Positions 9,010 through 17,645 of a DNA stretch of 34,968 bases are shown here, one piece after another; positions within the stretch are counted from its first letter, which is position 1; each line of letters begins with the position of its first letter. The notes beneath the pieces were generated by a model, which made no database searches, was not told the origin of the DNA, and was given only the letters and a program-made list of their open reading frames with translations. The position numbers were made by a program, and so were the translations under genes. The stretch is from a virus, in the IMG/VR virus record IMGVR_UViG_3300019468_000021. One strand, written 5' to 3'.

Positions 9010-9054
9010 TCTGACCAGCTTCTGCCATGAGGTCAGAATACTGTAATCAGTTCA

Positions 9055-9576
9055 TTATGCGTCGTAGGCTCCCTTGAAGTCTCCGGCGGTAAATGTCTTT
9101 GTTACTGTGTCAAACTTCCCCTGAATAGGGTCTCCAACAGCGTGCAAGGTACCGGATACAGATACCTTCTCTCCACCATCGCCCTCATAATCAGAAACCT
9201 CGTTCGCCACGATGAATTTACGCGCTTTGAAAAGCGCTGCTGTTTCTGTAGGGTTCCCGATAGGATTATACAAATCAACACGAATATACTCGTGCTGTGC
9301 GTCTCCTCCGGTGTGATGATCTCGCCCATCCTTCCATAATGCGGTAATAGCCGCCTGAGAAGGAATGTGGTCTGCTTCATAGGAGAACTCAGTCTCATAT
9401 CCGATAATGTCGGTAGAGCTTGAAGTCTCATTGATGTAAGTGGTTGAATCGGTCTGTGCGGAAGGGCTTTCATTTACACTCTTAAATCCCGTTCCCATAA
9501 GTTCAAACTTGTCCCCAACCTTGATATAATCCGCGATTTTACTACGGACTAATGCCTTTCTGTCTGCACTAGCCAT
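9055..9576 (-). CDS. Major tail protein
   Basis: 173 aa, strong SD, located between the neck genes and chaperones, and followed by an attenuator. Confidence 0.7.
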   Translation of the reverse strand: MASADRKALVRSKIADYIKVGDKFELMGTGFKSVNESPSAQTDSTTYINETSSSTDIIGYETEFSYEADHIPSQAAITALWKDGRDHHTGGDAQHEYIRVDLYNPIGNPTETAALFKARKFIVANEVSDYEGDGGEKVSVSGTLHAVGDPIQGKFDTVTKTFTAGDFKGAYDA

Positions 9577-9579
9577 GTC

Positions 9580-10005
9580 TTATACCTCCTTAAAATATTG
9601 TAGTGTTAATTGAATCTGATACCTTGCTGTCGTCATAGTAGCGTCGAACATGTAGCCCGGTGCATCTACAATTAGTTTTTCCGCCTCGCATTTCTCCGGC
9701 ATTTCTGGCAATACTCCAGCCTTACTTTGAGATTCTATCCAGTTACAGAGATTCTCATAAAATGTACTGTTCTGAATATTCTCAAGCCTGTCCAGAGAGT
9801 AATACTCACGGGATCCGAAGTTAAACTTGTATTGGCGAATACTTGAGCCGTCAAGGTACTCTTGAATAACCGGAGATACTACTCCGGTCTCTATCGTGTA
9901 TTCCACAGCTTCATTTCCAAGGGCATCCACTCGGAACACTCCGTCTTTTAGTAAGGGGCATTTCATGAAATAATCGGTCAAGCCCTGTATGATTGAGTCT
10001 ATCAT
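9580..10005 (-). CDS. Neck/tail-completion protein (Minor_capsid_3-like position)
   Basis: 141 aa, SD ggaggggcatttggaaaATG, third of the neck genes preceding the major tail. Confidence 0.5.
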   Translation of the reverse strand: MIDSIIQGLTDYFMKCPLLKDGVFRVDALGNEAVEYTIETGVVSPVIQEYLDGSSIRQYKFNFGSREYYSLDRLENIQNSTFYENLCNWIESQSKAGVLPEMPEKCEAEKLIVDAPGYMFDATMTTARYQIQLTLQYFKEV

Positions 10006-10400
10006 TTTCCAAATGCCCCTCCAGCAGCCTTGAATATTGAATCTCGATAAGAAGCTTTCATGCTCTCAAACCACCTTCCTCTCGCTTGAGGATGTGCCGG
10101 GGAACCTCCGGAATTGTTGTAATACTGCCGTCTCGCGTATGGCGCAAGGTAGTTTATTTCTCCGGATCCTATGACGGTACCAAGCGTGGCACTCTTAATC
10201 ATCATTCCTGTACGCATAGGAGTCAGCTTGTCCATATACCTAAGACACTCGCTATCAACTATTTCCTGCGCCTTTACGAAATCAGCACGTTTCTGTTTTC
10301 CGAAATGCTCATTCCACTTGAACCCAAATTTAAGATTTTCACCTTCTTGAACAAATGAAGCCGGAGTGCTGACATCCGGGAAATTTCTCTTTGTGCCCAT
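10002..10400 (-). CDS. Neck protein (Minor_capsid_2 / HK97 gp10-like)
   Basis: Start moved to the ATG at 10400 (SD ggaggataggaggcgcataATG, TAATG overlap). MRTGMM...INYLAPYARRQYYN...WFES matches the family pattern. Confidence 0.55.
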   Translation of the reverse strand: MGTKRNFPDVSTPASFVQEGENLKFGFKWNEHFGKQKRADFVKAQEIVDSECLRYMDKLTPMRTGMMIKSATLGTVIGSGEINYLAPYARRQYYNNSGGSPAHPQARGRWFESMKASYRDSIFKAAGGAFGK

Positions 10401-10825
10401 TATGCGCCTCCTATCCTCCAATGCTTTACGATATCGCTCCCTCGGACTGTGTTATCAGCGTATTCTGTCACAGTAATCAGCTTAAGCCCCAGCTCTTCCG
10501 AAATCTTAGCAATTTCTTTGGCTGTATATTCTTCCTTTTCGCCATCTAAGAGAGTAAGAAGGATAAAGTCTCCTTTCCGGATAGTCCAGTATCCATCCGT
10601 ATTTTCTACTTTGCGATACTTTCTCTCCGGGAGATATTCCTTCCTAATCTCTGAGCCGATTAAAGGCACTCGCAACTTATATATGCTTTGATTCGTCCAA
10701 ACTCCGTCATTTGCGCTGACGCCTTCACTTTCATAATAAGAGGCCCCTCTAATCCCTGTCGGAATATATACATCAGTTCTAGTATTCGCGTTATATCGTG
10801 CATTGAATAATGTGATGTCTACCAT
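10400..10825 (-). CDS. Head closure / neck protein (Minor_capsid_1-like position)
   Basis: Start at the ATG at 10825 (SD ggagtgtaacATG). 141 aa. Confidence 0.5.
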   Translation of the reverse strand: MVDITLFNARYNANTRTDVYIPTGIRGASYYESEGVSANDGVWTNQSIYKLRVPLIGSEIRKEYLPERKYRKVENTDGYWTIRKGDFILLTLLDGEKEEYTAKEIAKISEELGLKLITVTEYADNTVRGSDIVKHWRIGGA

Positions 10826-10826
10826 G

Positions 10827-11201
10827 TTACACTCCAAAATCCATCAAGCCTGTTTGAGACAGATATGCATACGCTGCCTGATATAGGCTTTTCTCTGAAA
10901 ATGCCGCCATATCCATCTCACTGGATCCTCCGAAGGATACGGAGTACCCATCATTGGATTCGCTTGATATCTCTCGCCCTTCATGGGCGTTTTTCCGCTT
11001 TTCTTCCCAGAACAGAATCTCAGCCATAGAACAAACAGCCAGCCGGACCGCAATTCCACAATCCGTCTGACTGATTCTCCCCATAGTGTAGTGATCCAGC
11101 TTAGCGCTGGCTCTTGTGGCGAGCCGATTAAAGGTACTTTCGTCCGTTATACGGTCACCGAGATACTCGCTCCGGTAGAACGCATGCTCGGCGTATTGCA
11201 T
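10827..11201 (-). CDS. Head-tail connector (gp6-like)
   Basis: 124 aa directly after the capsid gene. The YRSEYLGDRI...tfnrl N terminus is typical of gp6-like adaptors. Confidence 0.55.
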   Translation of the reverse strand: MQYAEHAFYRSEYLGDRITDESTFNRLATRASAKLDHYTMGRISQTDCGIAVRLAVCSMAEILFWEEKRKNAHEGREISSESNDGYSVSFGGSSEMDMAAFSEKSLYQAAYAYLSQTGLMDFGV

Positions 11202-11210
11202 AGGTTCTCC

Positions 11211-12068
11211 TTACTGTGCTGTGTGTGCGTAGACACCGGGAAGCTTGTTGTCTCTTACTTCTGCAATTCCGGCAGTACGATAACCGAACTTCCAAGCATC
11301 TGCATCCTGATTTTGATCAGGAGTAATGATCTTGTTTACGGTGTGCTTCTGGAACTGGATAACCGCTCTCTTATCTACCGCAAGGAAGTTGATTGCTCCG
11401 GCTCCCTTGAATCCTCCGGCTTCCTGTCCACTTGTAGTCCCATTGTTCAGGGTAATGGTCTTAAAGAAACGGGAAGAAGGAACTTCAATAATGCCAGCCC
11501 ATCCGTCAAGTGCAGCGCGGCTTGCAGTGGTATCGAGCCCATCAATCATGTCCTTAAGAGGGGACTTAATGAACAGATAAACCGTATCCAAGCTTGCTTC
11601 CGCGTCCTTGATTGCACTCTTTGCCGCCATAACCGCATCAATCGCCGCCTTACCATTTGCCAAGGCACCAGCAGCAGAACCAATTCCTGCCTTCGAAGCA
11701 TAAGTACCTAAGCGGTATGCGTCGAGCTCCGGAACAACCTTAGTACGAACGAACTCCGCAGATAGTGCGGAGAATACCGGTGTAGCCTCCATCTCATCCA
11801 AAGCATCTACAGTGAACATTCTTCCGCGGTCATATCCGATTTTCTTAGTCTCATACTCGAAAGTCACGGATCCGTTTACATACCCGCTGTTTCTTCCGTA
11901 GTTCGCAAGCCCATCCATGGACATCTTAGGAATGAGCAGCTCGTTTGCATTCGCTCCTTCTTTTACCAGAGTGTTGTCTCCGTCGAGGACACTTGTTAAA
12001 GACGCAAGCTTATAAACCTCGTCCAGTGCCTCGGAATAGAACTTTCTTAACTGAATTGCATTTGCCAT
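11211..12068 (-). CDS. Major capsid protein
   Basis: Start at the ATG at 12068 (SD ggaggaaaaaacaATG). 285 aa following the scaffold gene. LRKFYSEALDEVYKLASLTSVLDGDN...resembles A118-type capsid proteins. Confidence 0.8.
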   Translation of the reverse strand: MANAIQLRKFYSEALDEVYKLASLTSVLDGDNTLVKEGANANELLIPKMSMDGLANYGRNSGYVNGSVTFEYETKKIGYDRGRMFTVDALDEMEATPVFSALSAEFVRTKVVPELDAYRLGTYASKAGIGSAAGALANGKAAIDAVMAAKSAIKDAEASLDTVYLFIKSPLKDMIDGLDTTASRAALDGWAGIIEVPSSRFFKTITLNNGTTSGQEAGGFKGAGAINFLAVDKRAVIQFQKHTVNKIITPDQNQDADAWKFGYRTAGIAEVRDNKLPGVYAHTAQ

Positions 12069-12091
12069 TGTTTTTTCCTCCATCGATTAAT

Positions 12092-12646
12092 TTAATTTTT
12101 CTCTTCCGGGAGTCCCATGAGCGCTCTCATAGTGGAGAAATCAGCGGAATTACCGCTTTCGCTACCTCCGGTTCTCCCAACTGCGTTTTTGTGTGGCTCT
12201 TCTGAGCCGAACATATAGGAATCAGACTTCCGAATAGCCTCAAGCGCTGTCTTAATGTCAGCACTCTGGTCTTTAGATGCCTTAAGAGAATCAATATCTA
12301 GCATTGCCATGATGGCCTTTGCATTCTTACCGCCTGCAGCAGTAATCGCTCCGGACAGAGTATCATTGAAAGCACGCTCTGCTTCTTTGGCGGTGTACTC
12401 ATCATCCTTTTTCTTTAGGTCGCTTTGCAAATCAGTGATTTGTTTCTTAAGCGCTTCAACATCCACACCGTCAAACTTCCCTAGGCTTTCTTTTGCGGTA
12501 TCAAGCTGGGATTCGTAATTGTCCCTCTCCCCTTCCGCCTTTGTCGCCTTGGCTTTCTCCGCAGCAATATCTTTTCCGTTCTCAGCCATAATCTTGTCAA
12601 TCTGTTCCTGTTCGAGCCCAAGCTCCTTCAAAAATTCGGTTTTCAT
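12092..12646 (-). CDS. Scaffolding protein (GP20-like)
   Basis: Start at the ATG at 12646 (SD gaaaggagagactATG). Highly charged coiled coil: MKTEFLKELGLEQEQIDKIMAENGKDI.... Confidence 0.8.
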   Translation of the reverse strand: MKTEFLKELGLEQEQIDKIMAENGKDIAAEKAKATKAEGERDNYESQLDTAKESLGKFDGVDVEALKKQITDLQSDLKKKDDEYTAKEAERAFNDTLSGAITAAGGKNAKAIMAMLDIDSLKASKDQSADIKTALEAIRKSDSYMFGSEEPHKNAVGRTGGSESGNSADFSTMRALMGLPEEKN

Positions 12647-12733
12647 AGTCTCTCCTTTCACACATAGGTTGTTTTAGGGCTTTAACCAGCGCCCCGTGAA
12701 TAATCCGCCTTTAAGGTCTCGGATTCTAGACCA

Positions 12734-12766
12734 ATAAAAAGACACCCTCCCAAATGGGAAGGTGCC
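12734..12766 (-). terminator. Strand-specific intrinsic terminator after the DUF4926-like mini-gene
   Basis: Minus RNA ggcaccuuccc-auuu-gggaggguguc pairs at 11 bp with two G.U pairs (two mismatches on the plus strand), followed by uuuuuauugg. Confidence 0.7.
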
Positions 12767-12790
12767 GATTTAACGAAGTATAGAATGGAA

Positions 12791-12985
12791 TTAAATATGT
12801 TCGAGTTCTTCGGACATACAATCAAGAATGGCGTAGTCGTTTTCTCCGCCTATCCCTCCTTCAATCTTGCCTTTATTATCAGCCTCTACCACAAGGCATT
12901 GTCTTTCCCCATGTTGGGTTACATCGACAATCACTCCAGTAATATTCTTGTTCCTTACTCTAACCTTATCAAATAATTTAAACAT
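12791..12985 (-). CDS. DUF4926-like small protein; candidate immunity/antidote partner of the MuF C-terminal module
   Basis: 64 aa, SD ataggaggttaatgaaATG. MFKLFDKVRVRNKNITGVIVDV...CLVVEADN...DYAILDCMSEELE fits the small SH3-like DUF4926 pattern. The overlapping plus-strand ORF 12785..12976 lacks an SD. Confidence 0.55.
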   Translation of the reverse strand: MFKLFDKVRVRNKNITGVIVDVTQHGERQCLVVEADNKGKIEGGIGGENDYAILDCMSEELEHI

Positions 12986-12989
12986 TTCA

Positions 12990-14501
12990 TTAACCTCCTA
13001 TCCTATAAGCGGTTATAAATCTCGGCATTGCACCACTCTTGTCTATTCTCCAAACAGTTCTAAACGTTCTTTTTTTTCTACCTACGCCAAGCATCATAGA
13101 AATTGTATACTGCCGTCCTCCTTCTGGCAAGACTTCCGTAGTCTCTATTTTGCTTTGGTCATATTGTCCTAGAATATTTCTCCTTAGCCGCTTCTGGTCG
13201 CTTATACTGTTCGTATAGCCAACTGAAAAGAACTCATCGGCATGTTTTGCTCCAGGCTTTAAACAAAACTCGGAAATTTTGCGATTATCTATAACGACTA
13301 TATTTTTATTAACCTCCGCTATTTTCCACTCTTTGTAGGTGGCTTGGCTAGGAGATATTCGCCCTTTTAGATCATAGTATATCCTTTCCCGCTGTTCAAG
13401 AAATCCGAAGTAATTACAAAATTCCTTGTACTCATCAAGCTGTGCCTGATATTTGCACCGCTCGATAGTAATATCCTCGGAATCTGCTCCTCCCTCTTCT
13501 AAGAGTTGAACCTCTTCTCTCTGTGCGCGCATATTGGTTTCCATACGGCGCTGTTTCTGCGTGGCTTCATAGGCGTTGTACTCTTTACCACGGAAAGTCT
13601 TCTTTCGTGCCTCTCTTGCGTTTTGTTCTGCAAGCCACTTATCTGTATACGTTCGCTCAGAACCCTCAAAGAATGGGTAATACTCGTGCCGGCAATTCCA
13701 ACCGAGCAATCCTCCTCCGCTTCCAAGGCCGCAGATACTCTCAAGCTGTTTCTTGGAGTATACCTTTCCTTGCCATGCAGCGTGGTCTGGTCTCGCTCCG
13801 GCATGCCAGGATACCTCGAATTTTTCAACACCAAGACTTTCGGCATTCATATCCATAATTTTACCGGATAATTGCGATGCTCCTGTTAATACCGCTCTGC
13901 GCGCTGCAACATCTACTCTGTTGTGCCAGCCGGAGGCATAGTCTACTGTTCTAAGCCCGCTGTCTGTAAGTTCCTTACACACCCTGCGAATCAGAGTATT
14001 GTAATCATACATTCCTGATGTAAGTCCAATCATTGCCTGGTCAAGGTATCCATTGTATATCTCAGAAAGAGGTGTGTATACAGACTTCCCTTTCCCAATC
14101 ATGAACCCCATAGATCTAGTTATCCCGGAAAGCTCCTGCTCAGTCTGAACCGTAATAGCTTTCACCGCCTGTTGAAGCTGGTAGTTTTCCGCGTAGGGTA
14201 TAAAGTTTCCCGTGATTCTTTCATACTGTGGCTTGTAGATTGTGTACTCATTGGCTATCACCTCCTCATAAAGCCTCTTTACCTCCTTGCCGTTGTACCC
14301 AACAGCCGAGGCTATTATCTTCTCTATGTCGCTAGTGCTTTTCCCGAGCATAAGCATTCGGTTTAACTGCCAGTCTGCCATACTGGTTATCTTACCGGCT
14401 TTTTTTATCCTGCGGACTACATCCGCCATGACATCCTGCTCAAGCTTTCGGTATTTAGCCTCTAATCCTACCGCAAGAGAGGAACTATAGCTTTCTCTCA
14501 C
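12990..14501 (-). CDS. MuF / SPP1 gp7-like head morphogenesis protein with C-terminal DUF6883-like module
   Basis: 503 aa, GTG start overlapping the portal stop. MuF core (...WHNRVDVAARRAVLTG..., WNCRHEYYPF), then a helical linker. The last ~104 aa, VVIDNRKISEFCLKPGAKHADEFFSVGY...TFRTVWRIDKSGAMPRFITAYRI, match the DUF6883 pattern. Confidence 0.8.
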   Translation of the reverse strand: MRESYSSSLAVGLEAKYRKLEQDVMADVVRRIKKAGKITSMADWQLNRMLMLGKSTSDIEKIIASAVGYNGKEVKRLYEEVIANEYTIYKPQYERITGNFIPYAENYQLQQAVKAITVQTEQELSGITRSMGFMIGKGKSVYTPLSEIYNGYLDQAMIGLTSGMYDYNTLIRRVCKELTDSGLRTVDYASGWHNRVDVAARRAVLTGASQLSGKIMDMNAESLGVEKFEVSWHAGARPDHAAWQGKVYSKKQLESICGLGSGGGLLGWNCRHEYYPFFEGSERTYTDKWLAEQNAREARKKTFRGKEYNAYEATQKQRRMETNMRAQREEVQLLEEGGADSEDITIERCKYQAQLDEYKEFCNYFGFLEQRERIYYDLKGRISPSQATYKEWKIAEVNKNIVVIDNRKISEFCLKPGAKHADEFFSVGYTNSISDQKRLRRNILGQYDQSKIETTEVLPEGGRQYTISMMLGVGRKKRTFRTVWRIDKSGAMPRFITAYRIGG

Positions 14502-15856
14502 GGCATTATAGTGGACGGCTGCTCAGGCAGATTGGCGGCAGCAGTCTCCTCGTCCTCTTGGTACCACTTCGCCCTATACTCAGCAAGCCCCATAACACCC
14601 ATAGCCACATCCTTGCGATCCTGTTCGCGTTCGCTCTCTTCGTCGGTAAGGATGCTGTCATTGAATGCACAGGAGAATTCATACTTAGTCGTATATAGCT
14701 CGCTGTAGAAGGCGAGGGCATCCACAAAGTCAGAAAGACAATCTCGGAGATTCTCTTGGATTGCATTCACTCGGTTATACTTCCGCTGCTTAGAGGCTCT
14801 AATTTCTGTTGCTGTCTTATCTACCTCTGAGGCGTCTGACAAATCCCCATAAGCAAGGCCTACAATGAACTCAATATTTCGGTAAGTCTTTTCCAGTCCC
14901 CTAATATAGGCTTCGTCCCTCATAGCCGGAGAGTATTCCTTATAAAGTTCTCCTTGGTTTTGCTCAAGGTTAAGTCCTCGGTATAGCCTCTGCTTTCCTT
15001 CCGGAAGCTTTACTCTTCCATCCTTGTGGCGGAGGGCTCTCTCATCTACATGGACGGCTCTTTCTCCGGAGCTGTACTCCCAATCAAGACGGCCGTACTG
15101 GATATCCGCCTTTCTAATTGCCGATACGGCAGCTGAATAGATTGACACTCCACACGGAGAGCCGTCTACTCTGTTCTTAAGCGGCACCCGGAAATATCCG
15201 TAATCGTTCTTTGTCATTCCGGGAAAGACAACGGGCCCTGGTTCAATGTTCGCCCACTCGTCTATGTCCGCAAGATTCCCGGGCGATCCTATCATGCTTT
15301 CCGAACTGGAGCGATAGCAACGATTCTCAATAACAAGATTGTGGTTATTGTCAAAATAGTGTCGTTCTACTCTTGTAAACCAGCTGTTCTCTCCTACCTT
15401 CTTACGGGTAAAGAACATAATGTCCGAAGGCTTGCCCTCATCATCAAAGGCAATAGGCACGAATTTATCTGCCGATACGAATTCCGACCGCCCTTCTCCT
15501 AGCGGCTTAAGGATAAAAGAACCTAACGCAAGGCCATCTTGCAAATTCTCGTTAAGGTCTCGAATGGCGTTCTTGAGCACGGCGTCCAATACCGGATTAT
15601 CAATACTGGCCTCCATCTCTCCAAGAGCAATATCCGCAAATTCTCTACAGATACACTCCTCCAGCTTAAGAGATGTAATTCCTTTATCTTCGTTAATCCA
15701 ATCCGCTGCGCCGCATATCATATCCTTCCACAGATTGATCGCGTCAATCATAGGCTGGGACATTGTGATATCTCGCCCGGCTATGCCTTTCATAATATTG
15801 TAACCGAACATCTTACCCATTACTCCTTTCAGCCAGTTTGTTAGATTTTCAAACAT
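14498..15856 (-). CDS. Portal protein (SPP1 Gp6-like)
   Basis: 452 aa between TerL and MuF. Acidic C terminus. Size and order are typical. Confidence 0.85.
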   Translation of the reverse strand: MFENLTNWLKGVMGKMFGYNIMKGIAGRDITMSQPMIDAINLWKDMICGAADWINEDKGITSLKLEECICREFADIALGEMEASIDNPVLDAVLKNAIRDLNENLQDGLALGSFILKPLGEGRSEFVSADKFVPIAFDDEGKPSDIMFFTRKKVGENSWFTRVERHYFDNNHNLVIENRCYRSSSESMIGSPGNLADIDEWANIEPGPVVFPGMTKNDYGYFRVPLKNRVDGSPCGVSIYSAAVSAIRKADIQYGRLDWEYSSGERAVHVDERALRHKDGRVKLPEGKQRLYRGLNLEQNQGELYKEYSPAMRDEAYIRGLEKTYRNIEFIVGLAYGDLSDASEVDKTATEIRASKQRKYNRVNAIQENLRDCLSDFVDALAFYSELYTTKYEFSCAFNDSILTDEESEREQDRKDVAMGVMGLAEYRAKWYQEDEETAAANLPEQPSTIMP

Positions 15857-15857
15857 A

Positions 15858-17159
15858 TTAAACCCCTATCAGTTCTTTGATATCGCGTTCATACGTATAC
15901 TCCATAGCGTCCAAGCTATCTATGTCCGTAGAGCCGTCATCCAAACGTATATCATTTTCCTCTGTTTTATCCCATACAGCATCAGAGAGCGCATTTTGTA
16001 CTGTCTCTGCATCGTCAGTAATCCAAAAACGCCCTACTCCCATAAGACGAAGTGTGCAGTTAATACGGTCATTTATCCGTTCTTTCTTTGCCGGGCGAAC
16101 AATGATAAACGGGAATTCCTTTTCAACCGCGTTACGAATAGACATGCCGAGCACACTTTCCGCATTGTCCCAATACACGCTTTCCAAGTTATGATATCCG
16201 TCATAAGAGGTCATGCCGTAGGTCTCTTCTACATACCGGACAAAATCAATAAAGAGCCTGTCCAGCTTGTTGCTATCTATCGCCTCGCCGGTATCCGTTG
16301 CCTTTATTCTTCTAGAGGCAAGAATGATTAGATTCTGGTATCCGTCTGCATACCCTCTGGCCACAAATGCGTGTCCCGATTGATTTCCTCCGAAGTCAAG
16401 CCCAATCTCAATGCTGTTTATATCCTCCTTGCGAAACTGCTTACGATTCGCACCGGGGTCTATATTATTTACTATCTCGCACTTAAATGATGCGGGCTCA
16501 TCAGCAAACTTTCTGTAGATTGCCCCCTCTGCTCTCTTCCAGCGACCAAGGATTAAGCGGTCATAATAAATTGTTCCGCTGTATTCCTTACAGAGATTGT
16601 CCACAAATTCCTTGGACAAGTGCGGATTATCAAAAATCGTGTATTCCTGTAAGTACATATCTACATCGGAATCTATAAACTTCTTAAGCCAGTGCGTAGG
16701 GTGTTCCGGGTTACAGGCACCATCAAAACACGAATAAGGTTTATCTAGTCGAGACTGTAATATCCGGAATACTTCCTTGTTCCACTTAGCAATCTCGTCC
16801 CCGTAGGCATACTTTATCGAGGCACCCTGTATCTTTGCCACCTGTGATATCTTCTCTGCTCCAAGGCAGTAAACATCCTCGCCGAATAGCCTGGCAATAT
16901 TTCGGGAATTAATCATCCCGACTCGCTTTAGTGTGTATACCTCCCTCATAGGTTCTAGGACGTTTCGCTCTATTGTATCTCGTGAAACTCCCAGTATTAC
17001 CGTAAGTCCCAGCTTTCCTAGTCTCTCTATGATCCTTTCTGGTATTACTGCTGTGATATCCACGAACGATTTACCGGAACGCACCGCTCCGGATTTAATA
17101 TTCCACCGCCTTTTTGCTTGCTCAAGATATTCAGTTTGTTTCGTGCTTAAATTTATCAC
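15858..17159 (-). CDS. terL: Terminase large subunit (PBSX/Terminase_3-like)
   Basis: 433 aa. Walker A GAVRSGKS near the N terminus and a C-terminal nuclease-like region. GTG start overlapping the terS 3' end. Confidence 0.9.
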   Translation of the reverse strand: MINLSTKQTEYLEQAKRRWNIKSGAVRSGKSFVDITAVIPERIIERLGKLGLTVILGVSRDTIERNVLEPMREVYTLKRVGMINSRNIARLFGEDVYCLGAEKISQVAKIQGASIKYAYGDEIAKWNKEVFRILQSRLDKPYSCFDGACNPEHPTHWLKKFIDSDVDMYLQEYTIFDNPHLSKEFVDNLCKEYSGTIYYDRLILGRWKRAEGAIYRKFADEPASFKCEIVNNIDPGANRKQFRKEDINSIEIGLDFGGNQSGHAFVARGYADGYQNLIILASRRIKATDTGEAIDSNKLDRLFIDFVRYVEETYGMTSYDGYHNLESVYWDNAESVLGMSIRNAVEKEFPFIIVRPAKKERINDRINCTLRLMGVGRFWITDDAETVQNALSDAVWDKTEENDIRLDDGSTDIDSLDAMEYTYERDIKELIGV

Positions 17160-17496
17160 GGTTCTTCATCCCTTCAATAAACTGCAACACTACATCGTTA
17201 TCTGTCGTCTCCACCTCGTACTTATCACGCTGGCCAAGATACTGCTTGCCTAGCCATATCGCCATAGCTGCATTCTTTTCCGCCAGTCTGAACTGTGCCC
17301 GGCGGAGTGATATTTTCCCCGGACTCCGCTTTTTGTTGTAAACTTCGGAATAACTTTCGTCGTATGTTCTTTTTGCCCACGCATCTAAGGTCTTGTCCGT
17401 TATGTTAAACCAGCCGCAAATTTCTTCTTTGCTGCATTGCAGTCCACACAGCTTTTCAAACTCCGTCTGATTTATTTCTTTTCTTGGTCTTGCCAC
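17131..17496 (-). CDS. terS: Terminase small subunit
   Basis: 121 aa, GTG start with AGGAGG 7 nt upstream. N-terminal HTH (FEKLCGLQCSKEEICGWFNITDKTLDAW) and the AAMAIWLGKQYLGQRD motif. Confidence 0.8.
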   Translation of the reverse strand: MARPRKEINQTEFEKLCGLQCSKEEICGWFNITDKTLDAWAKRTYDESYSEVYNKKRSPGKISLRRAQFRLAEKNAAMAIWLGKQYLGQRDKYEVETTDNDVVLQFIEGMKNRDKFKHETN

Positions 17497-17520
17497 ACTC
17501 CACCTCCTTTCTTAGGCATA

Positions 17521-17548
17521 CAAAAAGCCCGAGGATTTCTCCCCGGGC
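17521..17548 (-). terminator. Intrinsic terminator between the late regulator and terS
   Basis: Minus RNA gcccgggg-agaaau-ccucgggc (8 bp, one G.U) followed by uuuuug. It lies 25 nt upstream of the terS start. Confidence 0.6.
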
Positions 17549-17615
17549 ACGAGTCCTCCTCCGATATGGAGGAATAGAACCAATTTCGTCATTTTACATT
17601 TTATCACACTAAAAG

Positions 17616-17640
17616 CGGACAGAACGGGACAAAACGGACA
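17616..17640. repeat. Three phased CGGACA/GGGACA repeats
   Basis: cGGACAgaacgGGACAaaacGGACA with GGACA at 17617, 17627 and 17636 (spacing 10 and 9 nt), just 3' of the late-regulator stop and ~120 nt upstream of terS. Confidence 0.5.
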
Positions 17641-17645
17641 AAGTT

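Noticed and set aside
8942-9028. N-terminal 29-aa extension of the 153-aa ORF (MAEAGQRRGNLTRR...).
   Set aside because: There is no SD at 9028. The stretch is occupied by a terminator hairpin plus U-tract, and a strong SD precedes the internal ATG at 8941.
9102-9473. 123-aa minus-strand ORF nested in the major tail gene in another frame.
   Set aside because: It has no SD, lies fully inside the major tail CDS, and its composition looks like an out-of-frame artefact.
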